59,384 nucleotides of DNA, filler included, from Nemertoderma westbladi (GCA_032718475.1; 3 parts of 3 records of this genome joined end to end with filler, not necessarily neighbours in it); one strand, 5' to 3'. Counted from the first letter of the whole stretch, positions 12,656 through 27,092 are shown. The notes: generated from the sequence alone by a model not told the origin. Made by a program: numbers and translations.

Positions 12656-12943
12656 TCAGGTAAACATAACAGGTATAAATATTAGACTTTCACGATTATT
12701 TCCAATAATGTTCTGCTTTCCGGATGTGCTCGGGGTGTTAGAAACACCACCGACCCCAACATTGTCGTCTCCATCTTGTGTAACGGCGCCAACAACATCT
12801 TTGCGGCATCGTGGGCATTGCACCCAATCGTCTCCAATAACAATCTCACAGCACATTTTAATTAATGGTGGAGCAGGAGTGCCACATCCGGAGCAGAAGA
12901 GAAATCCATCAGGAAGGGATTTACCGCACTGGCAGGATCTCAT
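12656..12943 (-). CDS. Small double zinc-ribbon ORF inside the EnSpm element (possible accessory gene or first exon)
   Basis: CQCG....FCSGCG...CC....WVQCPRC pattern from an ATG, same strand as and downstream of the transposase. Confidence 0.5.
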   Translation of the reverse strand: MRSCQCGKSLPDGFLFCSGCGTPAPPLIKMCCEIVIGDDWVQCPRCRKDVVGAVTQDGDDNVGVGGVSNTPSTSGKQNIIGNNRESLIFIPVMFT

Positions 12944-13182
12944 GATATAATATAATTAGTCTTATATTGCTAATATATACCGTGGTTCGGCTATATACCT
13001 ATAATAATTACTTAAAAAAATATTATACCAAGCCTAGGACCAACAGTTTTTGGTAATAAGACGAGGAGCTATATTACTTGAAATAGCTACTTGGGCAAAT
13101 ACTTGGTTTAATTATATTTATATAAATTTAGATTACGGCCCCATGAATAAAGTGTAAGATTAAGTTAAACACAATAAGAATT

Positions 13183-14010
13183 TTACAACTCTAACTTATA
13201 GTTCACCACAATTAATTCTTTATAACTCTTTGGCCGCAGTTCTATTGGGAGATATTCAAATGAAGATAACCAAACTCCCAATGTTGGCACGAATTCATTC
13301 GATATTATATATGAGCAAATGTGGCTGCAATAGCCTTCGGTTAATAAAGGTTGAACCATGATAAGTAAATCTTTCCCTCCTTTGTAGATGTATTGTTCAG
13401 TAATCAGCCCAAAAAATGGAAGGGAATCTTTCAAGCCAAGAAGTATCATACTTTTGTTAGACACATAATTTTGGTTATAATACTTAGTTTTCCCGAAGGC
13501 CTGCAAGTCAGTATTGTGTCCAAATCTGCTACATGTAGTGGATTTTTTATAGCCACGAACAATTTCATATAAAAAACCAGATGAATTTATAGACAAATAA
13601 TAGCACACATTTTCTTGATGCCTGGCTGCCAAATATTTTGGAATGTTTTTATATGATTGTTGGCTTTTGAGCCACCGTTTTAGTACACCGTGCTGGGCTT
13701 CAAATCTCATGGCCCAACGGCATCGGGGGGGACCAAAGTTTATAATGTCATCTACAATGTGTGAAGTGAAATGCAGTTTTGGAAAAGAACGTTGATACAG
13801 TTTAATAAACATCTTGCCGTGTGTATGGATAAGCCAATCTAATAGACAGAGTTCGTCAGCAGTGATGGTAAAAGACATGCATATTTCAACTATTCCATAA
13901 AGTTTTAAGAAGCATTGCCAATGATCACTGGTTTCGATAAATAATTCACCTATAGCAACAGGCAATAGACAAAGCAAAAGCCACATTTGAATGGCAGTTT
14001 GAATGGCAAG
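13183..14010 (-). pseudogene. EnSpm/CACTA transposase C-terminal half
   Basis: TAIQMWLL..LLP..IG...HWQCFLKL, PKLHF..H....I..FGP....WAMRFEA.H are hallmark motifs of animal EnSpm transposases; N-terminal half absent. Confidence 0.85.
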
Positions 14011-14593
14011 AAAAAGTACTGTACTACCCAACTCAAAATTTGGTATATTATAAATATTATTATATCGTACACGTTGGAACACAGAAACATACTATACTGT
14101 ACAGTAGAATCCACTCTAATCTACTTTGCTAAGGTACTTGTGCACTTTATTATCTGTACTATCCCTTACGGTATCGATTTATGGAGACGGGTACAATAAA
14201 ATAAGATGCACAGTACAGTAGAATGTAGAAAGGAGCTAAACTGGAAATAACAAATATAGTTACCGTAGAAACAAATCAAACATACAAATTCATATTTTGA
14301 TGAAAATATATGGATTATAACTTTGTTATTGATGTTTTCGGGAATTCTCAAACAAATGACTGACAATGCAGCATATTAAAATGCACGCGATAAAATTTTA
14401 GGTGTCAGAAAATAAACGTAATAAAACGTAATAAGTGCTAATAGGGTTAACTAATTTTAAATATTGTAGTGTGCAGAGTTACAAAAAGAGCCATAATAGA
14501 ATCTTTGATATACTGTATAGTAGTACATAGCAGTAGCAGGTCTACAACGTACACACTACACACACGCTCTACAGTGTAGTAGGCCTACACCTA

Positions 14594-15740
14594 CAGTACC
14601 ATGTTAATTATCCATTCCCCTGGATACATATCTACCAACTTTTATCCATGTTCTTCCCCATTGCACACAATGTAGACCTGTACCTACTTGGAAAGCCAAA
14701 CTACCCTTGAAACCAGACATTATGGCACTTGGATATACCCGGAGTTAACGGTTTCATGTAACTCCCATGTTCAATTGACTTTGAACAAATCGCGAAATGG
14801 GCTCCTTTGGGTTGATTGACTCTCATTGTCTGGCAAGTGCCCAGTCCCCATGATAGTGTACCTGTTCAGAGAGAGGTGCTTTCTTTCCTTCTATGGAATA
14901 TGGGGCCTTAACCCACCACATTATGCACCACATTGCTAAGCTAACTTGATCACGTATTTTCATGTGGTCGCAAATAATTTTCAACTAAACTTGATAAAGT
15001 CTTATTTATGTAGGGATGCCATATAAAATAACTTAAATAAATATAATAAATCCAGTATAGAAGTGAGAAAAGTTATATTATTTCTTAACCAAATTAATTA
15101 TCAGTAATATACCGGTAATAGAAACAAGATCGTTATTATTTCTATATTACAAATCGTGATGAAATTTATTGTATGCAATAAAGAATAGTCTTTCTGTGTT
15201 TTTAATTAATTTTTTATTTTATTTATTTATTTGATTCGCTTTTAATGTCACAGTTTTTATAGTTTAATTTTAAAGTGTGAACTAATAATGTAATTTTAAT
15301 CGAGTTCAGGATATTAAATGAAAGTAAATACGCTTCTTGTTTACTAATAATGTAAATTAATACATTTTTTGTTTATAACCTCGCCATTTACATGAATTAT
15401 AATTATTAGGAAAACATGTAGAACATTATACATTAAAGTCACAGGTGGAAGGAAGATTAGAGTAGCAGCAGCAGTGCACATAACATAGTTAGCTAGCAGA
15501 ACCAGCAAGAAAGCGCCCTTTTAGACGCACAGCCCACCCACCACTCACATATCAGAGTACTTCCCATTGAATGATTGATTGAAATTGTATAACGGTAGTT
15601 GGCTAGCTTTGATGAGCGCCGCTGTCCCATAGGGCTAATGTAAAAATACTCTCTCTTGGAAAACGATTTTCTGAGTAGATACACTTGGAACCAAATGTAC
15701 CAATGTGGGTCCAGGGGAATGGATAATTAAATTCGTACTG
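14594..15740. mobile_element. Non-autonomous Tc1/mariner-pogo-type element
   Basis: TA|CAGTAC...TTAATTATCCATTCCCCTGGA at left, inverse TCCAGGGGAATGGATAATTAA...GTACTG|TA at right; no transposase ORF. Confidence 0.75.
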
Positions 15741-17057
15741 TATCACTTCCACACATTGCAGACCAAATGAAACACCACACATTGCAGACCAAATGAAACA
15801 CCAATGACAACTACACGTCTTACAAAAACGCAGCCATTATGGGTTCAGATTACTGCTGTCTAAGCATGTTTTATAAGGACCAGTTGAATTACTGGGAATT
15901 TAGAAAAACATGCATATGTAACCTCCGTATCTTCAATTGCCTTTCCCTCTAATGTAAATCAAAATTACGGGTCAATTTACCGCAGGCAAAATCAATTGTC
16001 TGACAGGACATTCCTGTCAGACAGGAATGACCTGTCTCACAGTTAGAAGCAAAACGTGTGGATTTAATATAGCACTGTATCCCTACCCCCCACCCCCCAC
16101 CCCTTAATTAACTTATCTACATTCATGAAGGGCCTATGACTTTCGATGGTGTTGCGTTATTTTATATATATAGCTAATGGTCTGAATGTAGAAACAGCGA
16201 AAGTAAAGGTACATATATTATATGTTAATAAATTCACAAAGAAGGACAGGACTGACACGACGGTATTCAATATCTGTTCGAATGTTTATTCCCTTAGCAT
16301 TCTCATTGCTGCTTCTATCAGTCTATACTATGTTAGTGCCATATACCGTAGCAACTAACAACATTCTATAGCCAGGTTGGTGGAAAAGCCGTTCAAAAAT
16401 AAATCACGGTTGGTTAGATTTCTAAGCGGCGTCAAGAAGCGTTATGGTTAATACAGTAGATACTGCACTGTTGGCTCATCCGGGGTTGGCGGACACCGCG
16501 GCTGTCACTCATCCTGGACCTGTCCTGCATTGTATATTTGACAAAAGGTAGCGGCAGCCACACTCTTTAAATCACTTAGATTTAAGTAGGCCTACCTGTC
16601 TTCAGTCTGGGTAACAGACGTTTCGGTCTAAGACGTTTTGGCCTAGGACGTTTCGGCCCAATGAATGAAATGCAAGATTTGCTTGTCGGACGTTTTGGCC
16701 CAAAGATTCACTTTACTCCCTTAAATAAGTTATTCAATATATTTGTTTTGTAGTTGTTACCATCGTTACTAGAGGAGTTGTCAGTTGGAACTGCTCCACC
16801 TGTTTGAAGATCGAAGTTCTACATTATATTTATAAATAATAACTAATGTAATATTATTATTATTTATTTATATAAATTTACACCATACTGTAACTTAGAA
16901 CAAAGATAACATATGCTGACAAATTAACTTTAGTATTATGGATGGGGTTTCCCCCTAAAAAAACATACATATTTTAAAATGTGAGTCAATAAATAAAGTA
17001 CATTAAAATACACCGAATTAAAATTATTACTGTATTTGAATGTTAGATTTAAAAATA

Positions 17058-18887
17058 CAGGGTGTTCCACAAAATTTGACACGTTTTTGTTTTTTAATAA
17101 CTTTGCGCGATCTCAACCTAATTTCCTAGTTTTGGTGGCAATCGGAAGCCAAAAGATAAACTTAAACTTGGTTTGTGTATGTCATGTTTTAGTTGCTATG
17201 GAAACTTAATGTTGCTATATAAAACAAGAGTTTGATTATCCACTTAATTTTACTATAAATATAAAGGTATAAAACTGCACAGTGAAATAATGAAACATAT
17301 AGGTAGGCTTAGTGAGTTAAAAGAGTTTAATATTGGGTAAGTTTACAATGAGTTTACTACTTCTTTATACTAATTTAATTTTCTCAATTATAATAATTTA
17401 CTACTAATACACTTCATGTCCCCCTCCAATATGCTGGACGTGATCCACTCTTCTGCGCATCTCATTGAAACAATTAACAAAGTAATCCTGGGCCAACGAA
17501 CTAAAGGCTTCCCGAATTACCGTCTTCAGTTCCTCAACATTGTGCAGATTCTGGGCGTACACTAAATTGTTCACATGCCCTCAAAGACTAAAATCCAAGT
17601 GAGTCATGTCCGGTAATCGTGCTTGCCACTTTACAGGACCATCTCGACCGATCCATCGTCCCTGAAAGTTTTCGTTCAGAAACTCTCTTACCAATAAGCC
17701 ACAGTGGGGTGATGCACCACCATCTTGTTGGAAGATTGCCGTGGAGAGATTTGATAACTGGGGAACAAAGTAGTCCTTGAGCAAGTCTAGGTAAGAGAAC
17801 CTGTTTACAGTAGAATCTGGGAAGAAATAGGGGCCAATTAGTTTGGTTTTGGACATCGCAGCCCACACTGTAACCTTTGGGGTATCCCTAAACTTTTCTA
17901 CAATTTTATGCTACACTTTCCCCAAATCGTACAATTCCATCTGTTTACTTAGCCGTTGATATGAAAAGTTGCCTCGTCGCTGAAGAACACGTTACGCAGG
18001 TCCTTATCATGGAGGAACTCTGTAATTTTAGAAGCGGCTTCAACTCGTGTTGAGTAATCTGAAGAATGTAGTCCATGGACGACTTGGAGTTTGTAAGCTC
18101 TAAAGAGGAGATACTTTGCAGTCCTATGTAAACATCCACGACTAACAATTAGAGCCAATGATGCTCTACGTAATGAGGTTTCTGGGTGTGCGGTTAAATG
18201 TTGGCAAATATTATTAACTACATTTTCACTAAGGGGCAGTCTCCCGGAACCTTTCTTACGCAAAAGCGTTTTTTCGTTTCGAAATTTAATGACATTCCTA
18301 GATATGTCTTTCCTTGTAGGTCGACTTTCTCCAGGATATTTATGGGAATACTTTAGTGATACAAGTTTTGCAGATTTCAGCTCAAAAAACTAACTTATGA
18401 TGAAAACTTTCTGATCTCCAGAAAAATATTAGTTATTAAATTGACATCTAAATGTACCCAAACAAGTTTATGTGCTGTAATTATGTAGTGACTGTAGGCC
18501 TAACCATGAAGACATCGATAGCAGTTGATAACCAATATTTTTGTAACAAAAATGCACAATTAAAACACACTTCAAGCTACAGATAGATGATTTTGTCTAG
18601 AATAACTAAATTTAGATTGATTCCATGACTTTACTATTACTTAATTTAGATCAATATTTAAAATTTGTCTTTTAATCAACATCTCCCGCATAAATTATCT
18701 GAGAACATTTCATACCATTATTCAGAATAACATAATATGTTACCATAGCAACTAACACATGCTATACCCAAACCAAAGTTTAAGTTTATCTTTTGGCTTC
18801 CGATTGACACTAAAACTAGGAAAATAGGTTGAGATTGTGCAAAGTTATTAAAAAACAAAAACGTGTCAAATTTTGTGGAACACCCTG
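17058..18887 (-). mobile_element. Full-length but inactivated Tc1/mariner element, DD41D (rosa/VS)-type
   Basis: TA TSDs, ~150-bp TIRs starting CAGGGTGTTCCACAAAATTTGACACG; transposase fragments FSDEATFHING, IGPYFF, FQQDGGASPH...RWIGR..W.AR.PDMTHLDF with 42 residues between the last two Asp (41 plus one extra Gly codon). Confidence 0.92.
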
Positions 18888-20379
18888 TATAATAGATAAG
18901 AAATATTCCATTACGAGCATTGCTAATAATTATGAGACAGACTGGATATCATATGGAATGAGATAAAATATATGCGTATTAAATTTAAATTTAGATGAAA
19001 TATATGCGTATTAAAAGGGCCAGAGTGGATGTGAAGTGAAATAAAATATGTATTAATAAAAGCATTATATGTCGTTATCTATGGGTATAAATCAAAATCA
19101 TCTATCATCGAAGATGATAGTAGTTATTGTTTCAACAGGTCATTAAGATATAGCTGCAATACACTGTCCAGCTACAATAATTATCAATTGAGTAGTGTTT
19201 AAAATTAATGAAGTATCTCCAAAATATATCGATCAGACGAGATTTAAGTCCTAAATGGTTCGTGAAATTGATTCACTTTGGTAGTACTGTATATTAGTTT
19301 TAGATAATTTTTACAGTTGATCCAACATAACAGATAATATCATTAATTCCAATTTTTCTAATTCTTTAAAATATTTTTATAAAAATACCATCCTTAAAAT
19401 CAAATCATTACTACTTATGATACATTAATCAATCGTTGATAACTCAGAACCACCAATACTCTAATCCAAATCTAATGTAGTATAATACAGTATAATTCTA
19501 AGGCTTTATTTATACCTACAATATACTGTTACCAGTTACCAGTTACCAATTACCGGTAGCAATTTCCGCGGACATAAAAAGTCAAAATCAGCGGACATAA
19601 TGAGTAAATTCAACGGACAAAAACAATTATTGTGGATCTAAAGCACTGTATCCTAGTGGACCATCGAATCCTTTGACAATCAGTGAATAACTACTACCCA
19701 CAGCCGCTCCACTCCCCACCCCCATCTCTCTCTCTCTCTCTCTCTCACAAACTCAGCTGTCCTACCAAACCTGTGTGTTCTATACTATCTCCCTATAGAA
19801 CCTGTTGTATTACATCTAACCAATATTAGTTAACTTATCTACCTTCATGAAGGGCCTATGAATTTCGATGGTTACACCAAATAATTCCACTCTGCTACTA
19901 ATGACTCACCAGCAGATATCTTTTCCAGCGGCCTTCATTGATTGGCTAAATTCTTGGCTATCATTTTGGTTACATGTTCTGCCTGTGCCGCCTATAAGCA
20001 AACCAACAACAATATTCTGTACATTATTACTGTTCTGGGTTTGTGTATTGCATTATTTTATATATAGCTAAATTTGCTAATGCAGTAATGGCCTCAATGT
20101 GTAGATCGATGCGCGATCGGACCACTTTTCTTCATATTTGTTTAGGCCTAAGGCAGCAACCCAGGTAGCATACTGTAACCGCATTTATATTTATTTATAT
20201 TAATTAATTGCTTTGATTTTAGTTATGTGTAAGCGTAAGTACTTTGTAAACATAGGCCTGTATACCTGTCACATAGGCCTGTCTTTTTATATGCCTGTAT
20301 AGTAAAATTCTGAGAATATAATATGATCAGGTGATATAAACTGATTATTAATTCGAATTTGATTAATTCACTGCACTCT

Positions 20380-20580
20380 GGTGTTACCACAGGACCAAGT
20401 TTGTGTGCTACCCACCACTCCCAAATAAACAATTGACAAACTTTCATAGAGTTGCCTCAAAGAAAGGTCTTTGACACAATCAAAGGTGCAAAGTTCATCA
20501 TGACATTGAAAAAGTGCTGTAGGCCAATCCGAGCTAGAGGTACCACCAGCGGTACAGGTACATTTCGCCATAATCAAGTA
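20380..20580 (-). pseudogene. Degenerate SWIM-type zinc finger fragment, probably TE-derived
   Basis: AKCTCTAG.....ALF......CT...QTW resembles SWIM-finger regions of TE proteins, but the CxH half is missing. Confidence 0.35.
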
Positions 20581-20817
20581 CCGGCTGACCGGTAATCCAG
20601 AATTATAATACAGTAATATCGGAATATGAAAATCAGTCTAAAAACACTGACTGTGTACTGCTGTATGCTACTGCTACGCTACACACTCTGATACTAGGAC
20701 TATAATAATACAGTATCGGTACCGGCTGACCGGTAATACCTAATAGCAGTATAGCCTACCTGTAGCAATAGCAGTTGCAGTATAGTGCCTGTCAGCCTGT
20801 AGGCTTGTGTTTGTTGA

Positions 20818-20917
20818 NNNNNNNNNNNNNNNNNNNNNNNNNNNNNNNNNNNNNNNNNNNNTTAATTAATTAANNNNNNNNNNNNNNNNNNNNNNNNNNN
20901 NNNNNNNNNNNNNNNNN
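20818..20917. other. Assembly spacer (contig join)
   Basis: 100 nt: N-run, TTAATTAATTAA (stops in six frames), N-run. Confidence 0.98.
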
Positions 20918-22879
20918 TGATGTCCCTGCCAATTACAACGACAATGAGCTATTCTGTGGTGGTCTTTCGGTAAGTGTTGGGTGAGTTTCACGGTGAGTGT
21001 TAGACCTGAGTTTTAGAACAGAACTAAGTTTCTCAATATTTATGCCACAATTTTACGGAGTAATTAATTTCATATACAGTTTCACATATAACAAAACATA
21101 AACACAGTTATTGGGTTTTCAAACAGCTTAACATTATATTATTTGACCAGTCGAATGGTGTACATTAGGGTTGCAACAGACAGTAGAGCTCCGACATCGG
21201 CTCCGGAAACCGGAGCGCTGGGCCGATTTTCTGGTTCCGGACAAATTAATCCGGAGCCAATCCGGAGTTTACTGTATGTTGTTGAAATTCGAATTAGAAT
21301 AATAGGTTATATTCTCTAATTATTCTCTATTTATTATTGTTACTTTTTCGCTCGAATATACCTCAAAATCGGGACAAATAGGAGTACATTTTTTCACGGG
21401 AAAAAAGTATTCAATAGTATTGAATGGAAAGCCTATTCAAGGCTATTTGTTATTCAAGGCCATTGTATATCATACTGCTGGCTGTAATAGTTCTAGTGTC
21501 TTATACAATACAAAATAGTCAAAAAGCAGAATCCAGTCAGCATAATAGTTTTCTATCCGGCCCTCAAATACCCAATACCTGTAATATGTTACAAAGGATT
21601 ATTTTTAGTCATATCTACCTTAGCTTCATCACCTCATTGGCTGCAGCTAGGGGGCTCTAGAATTTAATGTTAAGTTGAAACTTATCCAAAAAACCACTTA
21701 AGTTTATGCAATTGTCACACAGATAAACAACCGCATTTATTTAATAAACATGAAAACAAATGTTTTGTTTATATTAAGTTATTAATGTTACCGATTTATA
21801 ATAAAGTTACGATTAACTATTAGATTCTAAAACAATATTGGAATAACTAAATAATAACACAAATATTATATACCAATTATGTTTTGTTACTAAAGGAAAA
21901 ACGTTACATATTATTCTGCTTTCATTATAATCTTTATAGTTACATACTAAACAAACTTACACCAGTTTATAAACAATAAACAACACTAAACTAGCAATAA
22001 CTGGCAATTTCACACTACCTAAGAATGTATTGATTTCAGATTTCTCTAAGAAACCCTTGTCGTATAAGAACAAAAGTAAAAGGGGGTTCTCGTGATACCA
22101 AGATCAATCAAATGCATCTTATCAACAGGGGCGGATCCAGGATTTTTTCACAGGGCAGGCGAAACAAAAAGAAATGTCATTGATACACCTTTTGCACTTC
22201 AAGCCCCCCCCCCCCCCCCCCCCCCCCCACCCCCACACCCCACCCCCAATCGCCAAATTTGTTTATATAATTTAGAACATGTTTGATATTATCTTGTATA
22301 TTTGTGGTATTAATAAAAATAATTAAACGCATATTTAATATTAGTTAATACAAGTAATTTAATTATATAATCAAATATCCATATACATATTTTTTGTTGG
22401 CGAAAATTTAGTACCAGTTGGCGTGCAACACGTGCAAAATATACTCAGTTCAGCACTCAGCCAGAGTAGATAGGTAATACAGATAATACATGTAATACAG
22501 ATAGATAGGTGGGAAACTGGACGCAATAAAAATTCATCCCTCTCCAGGGGAAATTCGACGCAACAGCTGAATACTCTCAAAAATAAAACTGTAAACTGTT
22601 CTATTGTGTTTAGTTTATTGTTTTGGTTAAAATAATGTACCACTGTAAATAATGTAGCACTGTGCCATTTTGTGATTTCCGAATAATAATAGCTTTGGGG
22701 ACGACAGCTCTCTCCTTCTGCTGTAGTAACCAGTTCAATGTATAAGGAAATAGCAAACCTTACTTTAAATTGCCCGCACTAAACATGAATTTCTCTAAAT
22801 TCCGTATGATGGCCAATTTTTGACCTCCCTGGCGGTCGCCTGGTATGCCCCCCCCCCCCCCCCCTGGATCCGCCACTGC

Positions 22880-25800
22880 TTATCAAATGGTGCCCCTTCT
22901 GGATCATCGACAAGGTGGAGAATTGGAGATAAGCCTTTTAATCCCTTTATTATCTTTTCCAATCTGTCTGCCTGCTCAGCAAGATCCTTACAAAACTCAC
23001 TTGTTTTGGAAGGATAATTACAGCCTACTGAAAATGTCATTTTATGAAATTCATTACTATATTCGCCCTTATCAAAAAAAAACTAAGCATGCATAATACT
23101 CATTATGATGGATCATATTTAAAGAATTTATCTGCCTTTGCTGGCATGTCGGCTAGAAAGAGTACAACTGTGATATTACCACAGGTATACAGTCCCGCTC
23201 TCAAAAAGCATTCCTTTGATCAAACATTGATCAAACTTTGATCAAACATTGATCAAAGTTTGATCAAAATGTGTCCATAGAATATCATTGAAAGTAGCAT
23301 TGACATTGAAATGACATTGATGGCATATTGAAATGACCTTGAAATCGATGGACCGAAATTCCAGACTTTCTGTCTCATATTGAAATGACATTGAAATGAT
23401 TTCAAGGTAACAGTTTACATCGCTCTTCTGCGGCATGCCTTTGAACTCAGATTCCCGCCGAGAACTGGCTTTTGTTAATGGCCAAGCCGCGATGTGATTG
23501 ACAGGGCGGTGGATGGAGCTTGCTTGACTTTGTGGATGGACAGCGATTGGATTTACAAGGCGGTGTTGTGGTAGTGTCCCAGACTGAGTTTTGTTCTTGT
23601 AGGGCAGGGCCTATTATTACACCAACAACTAGTTCAGAAAAACAGCCTTTGGAATATTTTTAATTTATTGTTATATTAGAAATTAGTTTCAATGTTCCTT
23701 AAATCAGAATCAAGGCCAAAGACCTCCATTGACGTAGCAGCGCGATGGCTGCCGTTGCATTGCATTTGCTTATACAGTAATTGTGTAAATTCGACAAGCT
23801 TCCTTCCTGCCCCTGTCTCTAATTATACTAATAAATGTAAATAAAGAAATAAATAAATCCAAGCGCTAGCGCCAGCGCACCCCCTAAAATACCTTCTAAA
23901 AATTTACGTAATTTAATTTTAATACTCTGATAAGGTAATTTTATTGAAAACCTAATTTGTTTTAAAGTAAACTATGTTATGTACATCATTAGTTACGTAT
24001 TTTTTAATTCAGTTTAACGTATTGTAATTATAATTTTTTAAATATTAAAAATCAAATTGGGTTAGTAATACTTATTAAATTATGCTCATTCATTTTTAAT
24101 TAATGGAGGGTTTTAACCATCCGGCCGACAAACCACACTTTTGCTCACAGGTCGTTGTAAGACAAGGCATCAATATAACCCCAGTGATCCCATACCCTCT
24201 CTTGTTGTGGACTATTACTATATCATTGTACAAGCTGCGGACCTGCACCCCCCCCCCCCCCCCCCCCCCCCATTATAATGTGTTGTAGCCATCCACCCAA
24301 CCCATTGCGTAACTCAGAATTAAACTCCACACAGCACAGCCCATACCTGCCATTGCTTTCATTACGCCACATCGCCAAGTGGAGATTCAATTGTGGCTGT
24401 GAATTATTATAATCATTATTAGATTGACAACACAGTGTTGTGGTAGTGTACCAGTACCAGACTGAGTCTTGTAATAGGCCCCACTAACAACTCCGGGCTA
24501 CGTTCTGAAATACAGCCTCTGGAATATTATTAAATTATTTTCATTAGAAATTATTCACTAGAAAGCCAGTCTGTCAATTTAATCGTCCAGTATCAATTCC
24601 CGCGGGCTAATACAATTTATTTTCGGGCTAAGGATGCCCTGCCCACTGGCTAAGAAAGCTTGCGGGTAAACGATTCCCATTTTGCGGGCTAAGAATTCCC
24701 GCGGGCTAAGTCATCACCCAACCGAACATACAGTTGACTGTAAACTGCTTTACTCGCATCTCTGTAACAACAACCCAAATGCTGTGATTCACAGTATGCG
24801 ATTTCACCGTGCTGTCACCGCAAGTGTATCTGAGAACAGGCCCATTACTGGTACAGCTACAATTAGTTTCAAAAAAATTAATGTAAAACATCGAAAGGAG
24901 CAGGTTAAAGGGGTTGTGTTTTCTAACCAAAACAACAAACCAAAGTAGATTTCATCGATTTTCGCTGGAGAACTTTTTTATTTGCGACCAACTGGCGCCA
25001 CTATTTGCGAGATAAGGTAGAAATTTTAATTAATATCGAGACAAATACAACGTCTGTTTAATTGTTTTTGGGCAAACAGAAAAGTCCTCCATGTTGAAAT
25101 TTTAGTAAGAAAGTTTAGTGTAATAAATTAGTTTAGTACACATTACTACCTGCATAGTTCCTTTGCGACCAGGCCAGCTCAGTGCCAGGAGGCCAATCTC
25201 TTTGGTTCGCGGCCTCCTGTGTATGGGTTAGTTGGCTGTCTAATTTCTTGGGAAGCCTTTAGTTAATTTCGAAATTTCGGGGAATTCCATTCCACAGCAG
25301 ATAAATGGTTTTACATGCTGGGGCGGCATAAGCTAAGAGCCATTACACATGCTATGCCTTTACTTTGTTAGTGGTCTGTCGCTGTCGGCACCCCAAGCTA
25401 ATAATATACAGCAAATAGCACTGAGACCGCTGACTCCTGTACTCCCTATGACATAATTTGTTGTGACTCGAATCAATTATTTCTCCTTACAAGAAAGCAA
25501 CGTATTTCCCACTTGTGGCCAGCCAGAAGGCCACAATGTCAACTGATATAATAATACCAAGGGATATTCTCATATTACCCCCCCCCCCCCCCCCCCCCCA
25601 AGGATCTAGCCCTTGGCCAGCCAGGTTACAATGCGAAGCTTTCTGTTTAGAAAAATGCTTTTGTTTCAGAAAATTTGAAATGTGGATCTTTAATATATAT
25701 ATTATTTTTTTTCTCATTTCAACTGGAAAGGGTTTTTCAGTATGCTTTCACATGGCCTCCCCCTCGCTCGGTACGCTAGTTGCCCCCCCCCCCCCCCCCC

Positions 25801-27092
25801 CCATTATTATAATGTATTGTAGCCATCCACCCAACACATTGCGTAACTCAGAATTAAACTCCACACAGCCCCTACCCGCCCTTGCTTTCATTACCACCAC
25901 ACCGCCAAGTGGAGATTCAATTGCGGCTGTTATTTTCTGATAATCACTGTAAATTATTATAACCTAGGCGGTCCGGTTTAAATAACGGCTATAGCGTACA
26001 AACCTATGGTATGATATGGACGTGGTGTCCTGTGTGCTCTGCAGACATCCTACAGAGCACATGGAGCATTACACACACAGGGAGAGCGAGAGAGAGAGAG
26101 AGAGAGGGCTGCTTGATTGACACACGGCTCAGTGGGAATCTAGACTTTGAAGTGCAGCGCCTTTGGTAGAACTCAATGGCAGGATTTATAAGCCTGGTTC
26201 ATTTCAATATTTGATCAAACTTTGATCAATGTTTGATCAAAGTTTGATCAATGTTTGATCAAAGGAATGCTTTTTGAGAGCGGGACTGTATACACAAATG
26301 AATTAATACGATATACCAACAAATTAATTAGGTATTTAAACTCAGATTTTTTCATTCCATAGTATAATGTAATTAAAATTAAATTTTCGAAGCATTCTCG
26401 CCTTTTTTTACAAATATTTAAAATAGACAAAAAACATGGCCAAATACTACAATTTTTCGATTTATGTGGTGGCAAAACTCCATCAGCATAAAAAATAATG
26501 TACAAATATTTAGTTGTTTCTGTATCGCAAAATTTAAACTTATTACCTGAAAAAGCATCATAATAACAATCTAATTGTAGACTATACAATACTCCGAAGG
26601 CTGCAAAATTAAAGGATTTCGTTTTAAAATTATTTCTAATTGAAAATCTATGTCTAGTATATAATATTCAGAAGCACCATTATTTTGAGTCAAAACAGTA
26701 ACATTTTCACTAATTTCTTTTCTAGCAGCAATAAACTGATAAATAGGTGGACATTTATTAGGAATTGGTAGAGATTCCGCAAACAAATTTAATATTTCTG
26801 TAGCAGCTACATCTGTTAATCGATTTTTTACAACTAAGGATGTAAATTTAGATTCGATTTGGGTGACATTGACTGCGATTCAATTGAATGCGTCAATAAG
26901 TTCATCCTCAGGCAAAGTACTAGTTGAAACATCAAATGGAATGGGTGATGATGTGTGGTGACCAAAAGGGCTCACACAATCAGAATTTAAGAGTGCTTTG
27001 AATGTTTCATACGAGAAACAATTTTTTGAAATATAATCTTCATTACCACTAATATGCGACTCATTTATCGCAATCAAAAAGGCATTGTTCAT
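22880..27092 (-). pseudogene. EnSpm/CACTA transposase N-terminal/catalytic part, split by a 3.1-kb insertion
   Basis: IIFYADGV...KS.NCSIWPCFLSILN...RR..ENLILITLYYG..K (26290-26510) continues across the insertion as TCGNITVVLFLADMPAKA and later KGLKGLSPILHL....APFD (22880-23189), where a CAGTGGCGGATCCAG MITE end interrupts it. Confidence 0.85.
23190..26288. mobile_element. 3.1-kb non-autonomous TIR element flanked by TATA
   Basis: ~78-bp TIR CAGTCCCGCTCTCAAAAAGCATTCC followed by tandem TTGATCAA palindromes at both ends; TATA on both sides; internal duplications (about 23564-23690/24434-24555 and 24250-24410/25783-25965). Confidence 0.9.

Larger units (their letters stand above)
12022..14010 (-). 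mobile_element. 3' part of an EnSpm/CACTA DNA transposon
   Basis: CACTG terminus at 12022 followed by ~520 bp of subterminal (A)ACCGTGGTTT repeats in both orientations; transposase C-terminus upstream on the minus strand. The other end was not found. Confidence 0.75.

Noticed and set aside
20818-20917. TTAATTAATTAA palindrome as a biological site (also at 46434-46445)
   Set aside because: Identical motif centred in two 100-nt N spacers; it is an assembly linker.
21425-21444. 20-bp match to the RTE interior (TGGAAAGCCTATTCAAGGCT, ~56143)
   Set aside because: Too short and without flanking similarity to support an insertion call.
13183-27092. The two EnSpm transposase halves as one element
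   Set aside because: They lie on different contigs, and their motifs look like different EnSpm subgroups.
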